Numbered from the stretch's first letter, positions 16,794-24,000 are shown. The stretch is DNA of 24,000 nt from Algisphaera agarilytica (GCF_014207595.1 NZ_JACHGY010000001.1:3604212-3628211), one strand, 5' to 3'. Translations and numbers: made by a program. The notes: a model not told the origin generated them from the sequence alone.

Positions 16794-19483
16794 CCACGAT
16801 CAAGAAGCAACCCCGCAAACCTCGCCGAGCGCGTCGGCCGTTCCTGCGTCAGCGGTGGTGGAAGGTGTATGGGCTGCTGGTCGTTTTGTCGTTTGGCGTG
16901 CAAACCTACCGCAACGCCAACACGCCATTGGATGGTGAGCCGGGAACAGCGATGGTGCAGACCCCCGCGTTCACCAAGGAGGGCGGCGGGGGCGAAGCCC
17001 GGGTGGATTTCGCGTACATCGATACGGACCTCAAAGCGGGTTCCGCCGCCTCACCAGCAGATGGTGTCGAATCCGATGAACGCCCCGTGCTGATTCTCAT
17101 CCACGGCTCGCCGGGGGCGAAAAAGAATTTCAGCCTGCTGATCCCCACGCTCGAATCGCATTTCCGAGTGATCGCGCCGGACATGCCGGGCTTCGGGGAT
17201 TCGTCGAAGTGGATTCCGTCCTACAGCACCCGTGCCCACGCCCGCTACGTGCTGGAGCTCATGGACCAGCTCGAGATTGAGTCGGCCCACATCCTTGGCT
17301 TCTCCATGGGCGGCGGGGTCGCGCTCAACCTTTTCGACCTTGCGCCCGAGCGCCTCGAATCGATCATCTTCTACGGCGCGATCGGCATCCAGGAAGGCGA
17401 GGGCACCGGCGACTACGGGTTCGAACACTTCAAGTACACCGTGGGCTACGGTGCTTTGGTGGCGGCGCCCGAGTTGGTTCCGCACTTCGGCTTGCTCGGG
17501 CCCCGGTGGTTCCGCCACTCGTTTATCCGCAACTTCAACGACACGGACCAGCGGCCGATGCGCGGGTACCTCGAGGCGATGAACACGGCCGACACGCCGT
17601 TCCTGATCCTGCAGGGCTACAACGACCCGCTCGTCCCCGAGTGGACCGCCCGTCAGCACCACAACATCGTCGAGCACAGCGAACTGGTGATGTTCGACCG
17701 CTCGCACTTCATGGTGTTCGATCAAAAGGGCGCGGCGATGCTGGCCGAGGAGATCGTCCCGTTTGTCGAACGGTTCAGCACGCCCGGAGCGGTGCCGACG
17801 CGGCGGACCGTGATGGGCCCGCACTTTGAAGAAGACCAGCCCAGCATCTTGCCTGTGGCTCTGGACATCCCGCGGGGCACAAACCCGTGGTGGACGGTGG
17901 CGGTGATTTCTGCGGCGAGCTATGTGCTCGAAGACCCGGTGACGATCACGGTCGGGCTGATGATCCGGGACGGGAAGATCGATGCGTTTCTCGGCGTCTT
18001 CGCGGTGTTCATCGGCATCTTCACCGGCGACTTGTTGCTCTACCTGATGGGCGTGATTTTCGGTCGGCGGGCGCTGGCGTGGGGCCCGGTCGCCAAGCGT
18101 TTGCCCGCCCGGCACGTCGAGGCGCTTGGGCACTGGTTCGACACGCACGGCTGGTCGGCCGTGTTGGCGTCGCGGTTCCTCCCGGGGACTCGGCTGCCGC
18201 TGTACGTCGGGGCGGGGGCGCTGGGCAAGAAGCCCGGGCGGTTTGCGTTGTGGACCTTCCTGGCGGTGATGATCTGGGCCCCGGTGATGTTGCTGCTGGT
18301 GGTCTTGCTGGGCGAAGCAGCGGCGAGCCCGTTCAAGCTGCTGTTTGGTGACAGCTGGATCGCCCTGATCGGCGTGGTGATGGTGCTGTTGATGGTGGTG
18401 CGGGTTGTGATGCAGCTCCCGACCAAGCGGGGGCGGCAAGGGCTTTGGGTGAAACTCAGTCGGGTCTGGCGGTGGGAGTTCTGGCCGATGTCGCTGTTCT
18501 ATCTGCCGCTGGTGCCGTGGCTGGTCTGGTTGGCGCTGCGGTATCGGTCTACGACGGTGTGGACGCTGGCCAACCCGGGCCTGCCGGATGGCGGGGTGGT
18601 GGGTGAATCCAAAGCCGAGATCACCGCGGCGCTGTGCACGCCGACGGACGAGCACGTCCTGCCCGCGGTGCTGGTGCGTGATGCCGACGAGGCGCGGCGC
18701 GCGATGGCCGAGAAGGGCTGGTCGCTGCCCGTGATCGTGAAGCCCGATGCGGCGCAACGCGGAGCGGGGGTTCGGCTGATCGAGCCGGGCGAAGACTTCG
18801 ATGAATACTTCGGCGACTCACAGGCGCCTGCGATTTTGCAGAAGTACCACCCCGGGCCGTTCGAGGCGGGCGTGTTCTACACCCGCACGCCCGGTGAGCC
18901 GCGTGGCCGAATCTTCTCGATCACCGACAAGCACTTCCCGCACCTCACCGGCGACGGCGAGTCGACGCTGGAAGAATTGATCTGGGCCCACCCGCGCTAC
19001 CGCATGCAGGCGTCGGTCTTCCTGCAGCGGTTCGAGGACGCCAACGAACGCGTCCTGGCCGAGGGCGAAACGCTCCGTCTGGCGATGGCGGGCAACCACT
19101 GCCAGGGCACGCTGTTTGCCGATGGTGGGCATCTGATCACGCCCGAACTCGAAGCGGCTGTGGATGAGGTCGTGCAGCGGGTGGAGGGGTTCTACTTCGG
19201 CCGGCTTGATGTGCGGTACGCCGAGGTGGAGTCTTTCAAACGGGGCGAGGACTTTGCCGTGGTCGAGCTCAACGGCGTGACCAGCGAATCGACGAATATC
19301 TACGACCCCAAGTGGTCGCTATTGCGGGCGTACCGCACGCTGTTTCGCCAGTGGGCCGTCTGCTTTGCGATTGGTGATGCCAACCGAAAACGCGACGGGT
19401 TGGAGCCGCCCAAGGCCTGGGCGCTGATCAAGCGTGTGCGGCGTTACTACAAGCAGCGGCAGTTCGACCTGCACGCGGACTAG
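16790..19483 (+). CDS. Tri-domain membrane protein: N-terminal TM anchor, alpha/beta-hydrolase, DedA/VTT (SNARE-associated) membrane domain, C-terminal ATP-grasp ligase-like domain
   Basis: Track ORF 16643..19483 trimmed to GTG 16790 (GTGA overlap with the NRDE stop), giving 897 aa. It begins with a basic N-terminus and a TM helix (KKQPRKPRRARRPFLRQRWWKVYGLLVVLSFGV). The hydrolase (about 16985-17776) shows LILIHGSPGA, the nucleophile elbow GFSMGG (Ser codon 17303-17305), GYNDPLVP and DRSHFMVF. The DedA-like region (about 17876-18538) shows FTGDLLLYLMG...SRFLPGTRLPLYVGAGALG. The ATP-grasp-like region (about 18560-19480) shows LPVIVKPDAAQRGAGVRLI ... FAVVELNGVTSESTNIYD. Confidence 0.75.
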   Translation: MTTIKKQPRKPRRARRPFLRQRWWKVYGLLVVLSFGVQTYRNANTPLDGEPGTAMVQTPAFTKEGGGGEARVDFAYIDTDLKAGSAASPADGVESDERPVLILIHGSPGAKKNFSLLIPTLESHFRVIAPDMPGFGDSSKWIPSYSTRAHARYVLELMDQLEIESAHILGFSMGGGVALNLFDLAPERLESIIFYGAIGIQEGEGTGDYGFEHFKYTVGYGALVAAPELVPHFGLLGPRWFRHSFIRNFNDTDQRPMRGYLEAMNTADTPFLILQGYNDPLVPEWTARQHHNIVEHSELVMFDRSHFMVFDQKGAAMLAEEIVPFVERFSTPGAVPTRRTVMGPHFEEDQPSILPVALDIPRGTNPWWTVAVISAASYVLEDPVTITVGLMIRDGKIDAFLGVFAVFIGIFTGDLLLYLMGVIFGRRALAWGPVAKRLPARHVEALGHWFDTHGWSAVLASRFLPGTRLPLYVGAGALGKKPGRFALWTFLAVMIWAPVMLLLVVLLGEAAASPFKLLFGDSWIALIGVVMVLLMVVRVVMQLPTKRGRQGLWVKLSRVWRWEFWPMSLFYLPLVPWLVWLALRYRSTTVWTLANPGLPDGGVVGESKAEITAALCTPTDEHVLPAVLVRDADEARRAMAEKGWSLPVIVKPDAAQRGAGVRLIEPGEDFDEYFGDSQAPAILQKYHPGPFEAGVFYTRTPGEPRGRIFSITDKHFPHLTGDGESTLEELIWAHPRYRMQASVFLQRFEDANERVLAEGETLRLAMAGNHCQGTLFADGGHLITPELEAAVDEVVQRVEGFYFGRLDVRYAEVESFKRGEDFAVVELNGVTSESTNIYDPKWSLLRAYRTLFRQWAVCFAIGDANRKRDGLEPPKAWALIKRVRRYYKQRQFDLHAD

Positions 19484-19495
19484 TGTCAGGGTGTG

Positions 19496-20239
19496 TCACT
19501 GAAGCCGCTGGATGGTGGTGGCGTCGATCTTGAACCACGCCAGGTCGCCGTGCTGTTCGATGGTTCCCTCGGCCGAGATCGGGTCGGCGATGTAGGGCTC
19601 GATGGAATCGAAAACCGCCTGGCCCTCGCTGTCGGTCAGCAGGTAGAGCTTCCGCTCATCGCCCGGGGTTTTGGTGAGAAACATCGGGGGGATGCCGCCC
19701 TTGATGCAGAGCGTCGCGCACGCCTTATGGATCTTGCCCTCGCCCGGCTTCATCGCGCCGAGGTAACACTTGGGGTCGATGATCTGCCCGATGAGTTGGA
19801 AGCGGCCCTCGGGTTCAGCATCGGGTGTTGCCACCGAGGGTTCGCCGTCTGCGGCTTCGATGCCCGACTCGTTGTCCAATAGGGTGAGCATCGCTCGGCC
19901 GTCCCGCTCGACCACGTTGCCCCGAACGGTGACGCGTTGCCCGGCGTGGCTCGCCACACGGTCGCGTACGCCGGTCTTGCCCTGCGAAACCAGGAGGATG
20001 GTTTGCAGCCCGTCGTCAGCCGCGGTGAGTACCGCGGGGTACGGTTCAGCGATCAGCAGGCCGGTGTAGGCGTCGGCCTGGCTCAGGTCCCACGAGCCGG
20101 TGCCGGGGTCGTTCTGTTGTGCGGGGATGAGGCCCGCGATGAGCACGCCCGCGACAAGCAACACGGGCAAGAGCACCAGCAACCGGCCCCGGATCCCCTT
20201 GGGCACCGGGAGGTATCCGACATAGAACTCACGCTTCAT
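19496..20239 (-). CDS. N-terminally TM-anchored, predicted periplasmic protein with a conserved-looking Cys/His cluster; unknown function
   Basis: 247 aa. MKREFYVGYLPVPKGIRGRLLVLLPVLLVAGVLIAGLI is a signal anchor. The motif is IIDPKCYLGAMKPGEGKIHKACATLCIKGGIPPMF (C-x16-C-x3-C with one His). The ATG 20237-20239 overlaps the upstream Rieske gene by 11 nt. Confidence 0.6.
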   Translation of the reverse strand: MKREFYVGYLPVPKGIRGRLLVLLPVLLVAGVLIAGLIPAQQNDPGTGSWDLSQADAYTGLLIAEPYPAVLTAADDGLQTILLVSQGKTGVRDRVASHAGQRVTVRGNVVERDGRAMLTLLDNESGIEAADGEPSVATPDAEPEGRFQLIGQIIDPKCYLGAMKPGEGKIHKACATLCIKGGIPPMFLTKTPGDERKLYLLTDSEGQAVFDSIEPYIADPISAEGTIEQHGDLAWFKIDATTIQRLQ

Positions 20240-21311
20240 GGTTCGACTCCGGTGGGGGGGAGGCTTCGATCGTGGCGGGCTCGACCGCCGTGCCCGGCGG
20301 CAACGGCTCGGGGTTCACCAGGATGCGCGAGCCCTGAACGCTGACCCGGTAGGTCGGGATTTTCTCGGTGAACGGCGGCGGGGATTGACCGTTGTGCGGG
20401 AGGTATTGGTAGCCGTGCCACGGGCAGGTGAGGCAGCCGTCGACGACTTTGCCTTCGCCGAGTGGCCCGTGCTGGTGGGCGCAGACGTTGCTGACCGCCG
20501 AGACCTTGCCGTCGTATTTCAGGACGGCGATGCGTTCGCTTCCCGCGAGGGTGACGACCTTGCCGTAGCCATCTTCGATGTCGTTCACATCAGCGACATC
20601 GATCCATTCCTGGTCGTCGGTGTTCGGGGCGGCGGCATCTTTGCGCCACTCACGCCAACCCGTGATCAGGTGCAGGCCCGCGATCATGACAAAGCCCAGC
20701 ACCAGCAGCCCGATGTACAAGACACTCGGGTTGCTCTGCAACGCGCCGAGGACGACATGCATCACCAGCAGTGCATACGCCACGTAGACCAGCGTGTGCA
20801 GCGTCTTCCAGGTGCGCGGCCCGAGGTTCGCCAACCAGAAGTCGTGGCTCGTGGCGGCCATGAGGAACAGGATCAAGAGGGCGATGAAGCCCAGCGGCTG
20901 GAAGGGGAACGCGGCGATCTGGTCGTAGTTGCCGTTGCTGGTGAAGATCGAGACGATCGGGTTGACCACCCCGAAGCCGTGGTACCACAGCGTCGCAAGG
21001 GCCGCGTGGAGGAATGCGAGGATGAACATGGTGACGCCCATATGACGCCGGTTGTACAGCAGCGGCGCGAACACCCCCGGCCAGAGCCGAGCCAAGGGGC
21101 CGATGCAGAGGATCAGGTGGAGCAGGATGATCGCCGCCGTGCCGAACGCGCGGATGAGCAGCGTCATCGGCGTGATGCCGTTGTCGCCGGACAGTGCCAG
21201 CGAACTCACGACGACAAAGACGACGAGATACAGCCCCACGCCGCCCGCGAGCAGCAGGTCGTACACCTTCTTGTGCTTGTTCCATTGCACCGCGCGGTAG
21301 GCATGGCTCAT
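20229..21311 (-). CDS. Ferric-reductase-like (MsrQ/YedZ-type, 6-TM, dihaem-b) domain fused to a C-terminal Rieske [2Fe-2S] domain
   Basis: 360 aa with six hydrophobic helices and conserved-position His residues (LLHLILC, RRHMG, AFLHAAL, LHTLVYV, VMHVVLG). The C-terminal CAHQHGPLGEGKVVDGCLTCPWHGYQY is the Rieske signature CxH-x16-CxxH. The start ATG 21309-21311 overlaps the upstream stop (ATGA). Confidence 0.8.
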   Translation of the reverse strand: MSHAYRAVQWNKHKKVYDLLLAGGVGLYLVVFVVVSSLALSGDNGITPMTLLIRAFGTAAIILLHLILCIGPLARLWPGVFAPLLYNRRHMGVTMFILAFLHAALATLWYHGFGVVNPIVSIFTSNGNYDQIAAFPFQPLGFIALLILFLMAATSHDFWLANLGPRTWKTLHTLVYVAYALLVMHVVLGALQSNPSVLYIGLLVLGFVMIAGLHLITGWREWRKDAAAPNTDDQEWIDVADVNDIEDGYGKVVTLAGSERIAVLKYDGKVSAVSNVCAHQHGPLGEGKVVDGCLTCPWHGYQYLPHNGQSPPPFTEKIPTYRVSVQGSRILVNPEPLPPGTAVEPATIEASPPPESNHEA

Positions 21312-21493
21312 GGCTTGGCCTCCTGCGGGGGTGTTGCCTCGGCGGCAGGCGGGCTGGTTTCTTCAATCGCGATCGGCCCCTCGGAGATCGCTTCGGGTGG
21401 CCGTTGGCTTAGTCCGAGCGCGATCCCGATACCGACCAGCGGAGCAAGGAGTAACCACACCAGGACATGACGGCGGCGGGCTTGGCGCTTCAT
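21308..21493 (-). CDS. Mini membrane protein (61 aa, one TM, acidic Pro-rich tail)
   Basis: Track ORF 21308..21724(-) trimmed to the ATG 21491-21493: MKRQARRRHVLVWLLLAPLVGIGIALGLSQRPPEAISEG.... ATGA overlaps are present at both ends (21490-21493 and 21308-21311). Confidence 0.5.
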   Translation of the reverse strand: MKRQARRRHVLVWLLLAPLVGIGIALGLSQRPPEAISEGPIAIEETSPPAAEATPPQEAKP

Positions 21494-21738
21494 GCTTCGC
21501 TCCCCGCTGCGTTGTGATTCGAGACTAGCTTCCTTACCAGCAAAGGCCAGAGCGCGGCCGTTCCCGGCAGGATGAGCAAGCGGAAACCCCACGGCCCGTC
21601 TTTCGCGGCCGGATCGAGCCGTCCCACGCCGGTGAATACAAACCACACCGCGAACAGCAGTCCAATGCCCGCGTACGCCCCCAGGCCGATGACGATGTAA
21701 TGTGCCCAACCCATGACAGACCAACCTTCAACATCCAC
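21490..21738 (-). CDS. Mini membrane protein (74-82 aa, two TM), first gene of the Rieske operon
   Basis: The start is GTG 21738 or ATG 21714 (MGWAHYIVIGLGAYAGIGLLFAVWFVF ... FRLLILPGTAALWPLLV). The stop overlaps the next start (ATGA). I recognised no family. Confidence 0.5.
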   Translation of the reverse strand: MDVEGWSVMGWAHYIVIGLGAYAGIGLLFAVWFVFTGVGRLDPAAKDGPWGFRLLILPGTAALWPLLVRKLVSNHNAAGSEA

Positions 21739-21808
21739 GATTCATTCCCCCGCGGAAATATTTACCGGCCGATTCAAGTTTCATGGATGACCTCCACATT
21801 GGAACCGG

Positions 21809-22279
21809 ATGATGATGCGATATCAAATCTTTTTCGTGTTGTGTTTACTCATGACGGCCCCTCAAGCTTTGAGCCAAGCCGACGGAAACGTCGATAAGAA
21901 CGGCGTGGCGATCAAGGGCTACGACCCCGTGGCCTACTTCCCCGACCACGGCGGCGAGGCGACCAAAGGCAAGAAGGACATCACCGCCGAGTACAACGGG
22001 GCGGTCTATCGTTTTGCCAGTGAAGCCAACCGGGACGTGTTCCTGAGCGATCCCGAGGCCTACGCCCCGGCCTACGGCGGGTGGTGTGCCTACGCCATGG
22101 CCGACGGGAAACCCGTGACCGTGGACCCCAAACGCTTCGAGGTTCACGACGGCCGGTTGTTCTTGTTCTACCGCGACTGGTTTACCGACACGCTCAAGCC
22201 CTGGCAGAAAGACCGCGACACTCTTCGGGACCGGGCAGACCGGGCGTGGAGTGAGATCGTGGAAGAATCGGAAGGTTGA
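21809..22279 (+). CDS. Secreted YHS-domain protein
   Basis: Signal peptide MMMRYQIFFVLCLLMTAPQALSQA, followed by GYDPVAYF...G......Y.GAVYRFASEANRDVFLSDPEAYAPAYGGWCAYAMA, the typical YHS-domain pattern. 156 aa. A small 7-bp hairpin (22292-22308) follows the stop. Confidence 0.8.
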   Translation: MMMRYQIFFVLCLLMTAPQALSQADGNVDKNGVAIKGYDPVAYFPDHGGEATKGKKDITAEYNGAVYRFASEANRDVFLSDPEAYAPAYGGWCAYAMADGKPVTVDPKRFEVHDGRLFLFYRDWFTDTLKPWQKDRDTLRDRADRAWSEIVEESEG

Positions 22280-22326
22280 GTTGGCCGCTGCGGCGATCTG
22301 CGATCGCCCGCTAAACACGGCGGTGG

Positions 22327-24000
22327 TTATTCGGTCACGCCGTGGTGTTTGCGGTAGGCGTCCCATGCCTCAGCCCCGAAGTAACGCTTGCCGAGCGCCT
22401 TTGGCATGTTGGGTATGTCGATAAGCATCAGGCCGTCGAGCACGTTGCCGAATTCGGGGTCGACGTTGAAACCCAGGAACTGGGCGTTGAGCTTGAGGTA
22501 CTGCCGCAGCAGCACGGGCATGGGTTTGCCGTCCGCTTCGATCTCACGGACCAGGTGGCCGACTTCTTCGAGGTTGGAGGCCACGGTCGAGAACGCCGCG
22601 CGGTCCCAGTCGCGGGTACGCCGACGCGAGGGCGGGTTCTTGGGGCGGATCTGGCTGGCGAGGTTTGGCAGGAACCGGTGCAGCTGCAGGAACGTCATCA
22701 GCAGGTTCTTCGACATCGACGTGTAGTTCGCGCTGATGCTCACCGGGCCGAAGAGGTGGCGGTACCGCGGGTGCAGCGCGGCGTAGGCGGCGATGCCTTT
22801 CCACAGCAGCTGCAACGGTTGGTAGCTGCGCTGGTAGTCGGGGTGGACGAACGACCGCCCCAGCTCGAGCGCGGGGGTGACCTGCTTGATGAGTTTTTTG
22901 CGGAAATTGAAGAGGGTGCTGGTGTAGAGCCCCTTGACGCCGAGGCTGGGCAGGATTTCGTCGGTCGGGCCCATGCGGTAGCTGCCCACGATCTCGGCGG
23001 TGTTGCGGTTCCAGACGAGCAGGTGCAGGTAGTGGTCGTCGAAGCGGTCGAGGTCACAGGCTTTGCCCGAGCCCTCGCCGACCTGGCGGAAGGTGATCTC
23101 GCGGAGTCGGCCGATCTCGCGGAGCAGGGCGGACATCTGCGGTCGTCGGGCGTAGAGCACGTCGTACTCGCCGCTCTGCATCAGGGTTTGCTGCGGGGGC
23201 AGGGCGCCGATCTCCTCGGCCAGGACCTCGGGCGATTCGGGCGGGATGATCGGGGCGTATTTGGAGTCGTCGGGCCGGGCCGATAGGTCGATCTGCCGGT
23301 GACGTGGACGCAGCAGGTACGTCCGCACCCGCAGGTAGTTGGTGAGTTGTTCACGGCCCTCGAGCTTGCTGGTACGCTCGGGCGGGATCGGGGCGCCGAT
23401 GACCATGGGTACCCGTGATCGGCGGCGCTTGAGCAGTTCGTGCGGCAGCATCGCCGAACGCAGGGTGGGGTGGACGAACCCGGCGATCTGGAAGAGGTTG
23501 CTGTTGCGTCCATCGAAGAACACCGGCACCACGGTCGCGCCGGTCCGTTGGATGATCCGCGCAGTCGCGCTCTGCCAGGGCGGGTCGGCGACGTTGCGTT
23601 GACGCAGGGTCAGGTGCGAGACCGCGCCGGAGGGGAACACGCCCAGGGCGTGACCGTCTCCGACCCACGACATCGACTGCCGGATGGCCGCGGCGTTGAG
23701 CCGCTTGGCCTGGGCGTCTTCGCCGAAAACATCCACGAAGAAGAACGTGTCGCGCAGCTCGGGGATGCACGAGAGCATCTCGTTGGCCAGCAGTTTCACG
23801 TCCGGCCGAACCCGACGGAGCAGCGATGCGAGGATGATCCCCTCGATCCCGCCGAACGGGTGATTCGCCACCACAACCAACGGCCCCTCCTTCGGGATCG
23901 CCTCGAGCGTTTCTTCGTTCAGGTCCAGGACGATCCGCATCACCTCGAGCGCCTTGTCGGCGAAGTGACGCTCCTGCCCCGGGTCGTGCGCGATGATGTT
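22327..24000 (-). CDS. OlsF-like bifunctional acyltransferase (N-terminal PlsC-type O-acyltransferase plus C-terminal OlsB/GNAT-type N-acyltransferase); 5' end outside the window
   Basis: The N-terminal part has VVVANHPFGGIEGIIL...GVFPSGAVSH (acyltransferase H-x4-[DE] and G blocks). The C-terminal part has LREITFRQVGEGSGKACDLDRFDDHYLHLLVWN...EIVGSYRMG...LELGRSFV (OlsB/hemolysin-like GNAT pattern). The frame stays open from 23943 to the window edge (..NIIAHDPGQERHFADKALEV-MRIV..), so the true start is probably beyond 24000. Confidence 0.7.
   Translation of the reverse strand, partial: NIIAHDPGQERHFADKALEVMRIVLDLNEETLEAIPKEGPLVVVANHPFGGIEGIILASLLRRVRPDVKLLANEMLSCIPELRDTFFFVDVFGEDAQAKRLNAAAIRQSMSWVGDGHALGVFPSGAVSHLTLRQRNVADPPWQSATARIIQRTGATVVPVFFDGRNSNLFQIAGFVHPTLRSAMLPHELLKRRRSRVPMVIGAPIPPERTSKLEGREQLTNYLRVRTYLLRPRHRQIDLSARPDDSKYAPIIPPESPEVLAEEIGALPPQQTLMQSGEYDVLYARRPQMSALLREIGRLREITFRQVGEGSGKACDLDRFDDHYLHLLVWNRNTAEIVGSYRMGPTDEILPSLGVKGLYTSTLFNFRKKLIKQVTPALELGRSFVHPDYQRSYQPLQLLWKGIAAYAALHPRYRHLFGPVSISANYTSMSKNLLMTFLQLHRFLPNLASQIRPKNPPSRRRTRDWDRAAFSTVASNLEEVGHLVREIEADGKPMPVLLRQYLKLNAQFLGFNVDPEFGNVLDGLMLIDIPNMPKALGKRYFGAEAWDAYRKHHGVTE

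Noticed and set aside
20240-20250. The tRNA T-loop-like string GGTTCGACTCC.
   Set aside because: The flanks cannot form a T-stem (catgg vs ccggt), there is no acceptor or anticodon arm, and the string lies in the overlap of two well-supported CDSs.
21756-21763. The AAATATTT palindrome in the Rieske-operon/YHS divergent spacer, considered as an operator.
   Set aside because: It is only 8 bp, AT-only and its flanks do not extend the symmetry. It is equally well explained as a -10-like or AT-rich promoter element.

Overview
High-GC (roughly two-thirds G+C by eye), gene-dense chromosomal window with about 25 protein-coding genes. I recognised no rRNA, tRNA, CRISPR array, transposase or integrase. 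All product calls come from motif and architecture recognition in the supplied translations; no database search was possible. A PEP-CTERM cargo protein, weak or absent Shine-Dalgarno signals, frequent GTG/TTG starts and an OlsF-type lipid synthase suggest a Planctomycetota/Verrucomicrobiota-like Gram-negative (low-confidence guess). Housekeeping genes are ilvA (2731-4275 +), eno (4339-5640 -) and aroA (13474-14823 -). Three accessory modules stand out. (1) 7230-13441(-) is a rearranged, extended 'ebo' cluster sitting directly behind aroA: eboD, a small helical ORF, eboB, a structured 157-nt gap, then eboE, eboC, eboF and a Zn-ribbon membrane protein. The ebo pathway is widely conserved but its product is unknown. 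(2) 16050-19483(+) encodes an NRDE/TANGO2-like protein translationally coupled (GTGA) to an 897-aa fusion of alpha/beta-hydrolase, DedA/VTT membrane domain and ATP-grasp; an OlsF-like bifunctional acyltransferase lies nearby at 22327 to beyond 24000(-). (3) 19496-21738(-) is a four-gene, overlap-coupled membrane redox operon: two mini membrane proteins, a ferric-reductase-like dihaem domain fused to a Rieske 2Fe-2S domain, and a TM-anchored Cys/His-motif protein. It is divergent from a secreted YHS-domain protein. Non-coding signals include a hexamer-array inverted repeat plus an Ile/Leu-rich mini-ORF upstream of ilvA, a clean eno terminator, nested GC-rich stems inside the ebo operon, and a palindrome plus terminator-like hairpin in the leader of the DinB/NRDE operon. 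Most other ORFs in the six-frame track are high-GC antisense or out-of-frame shadows.
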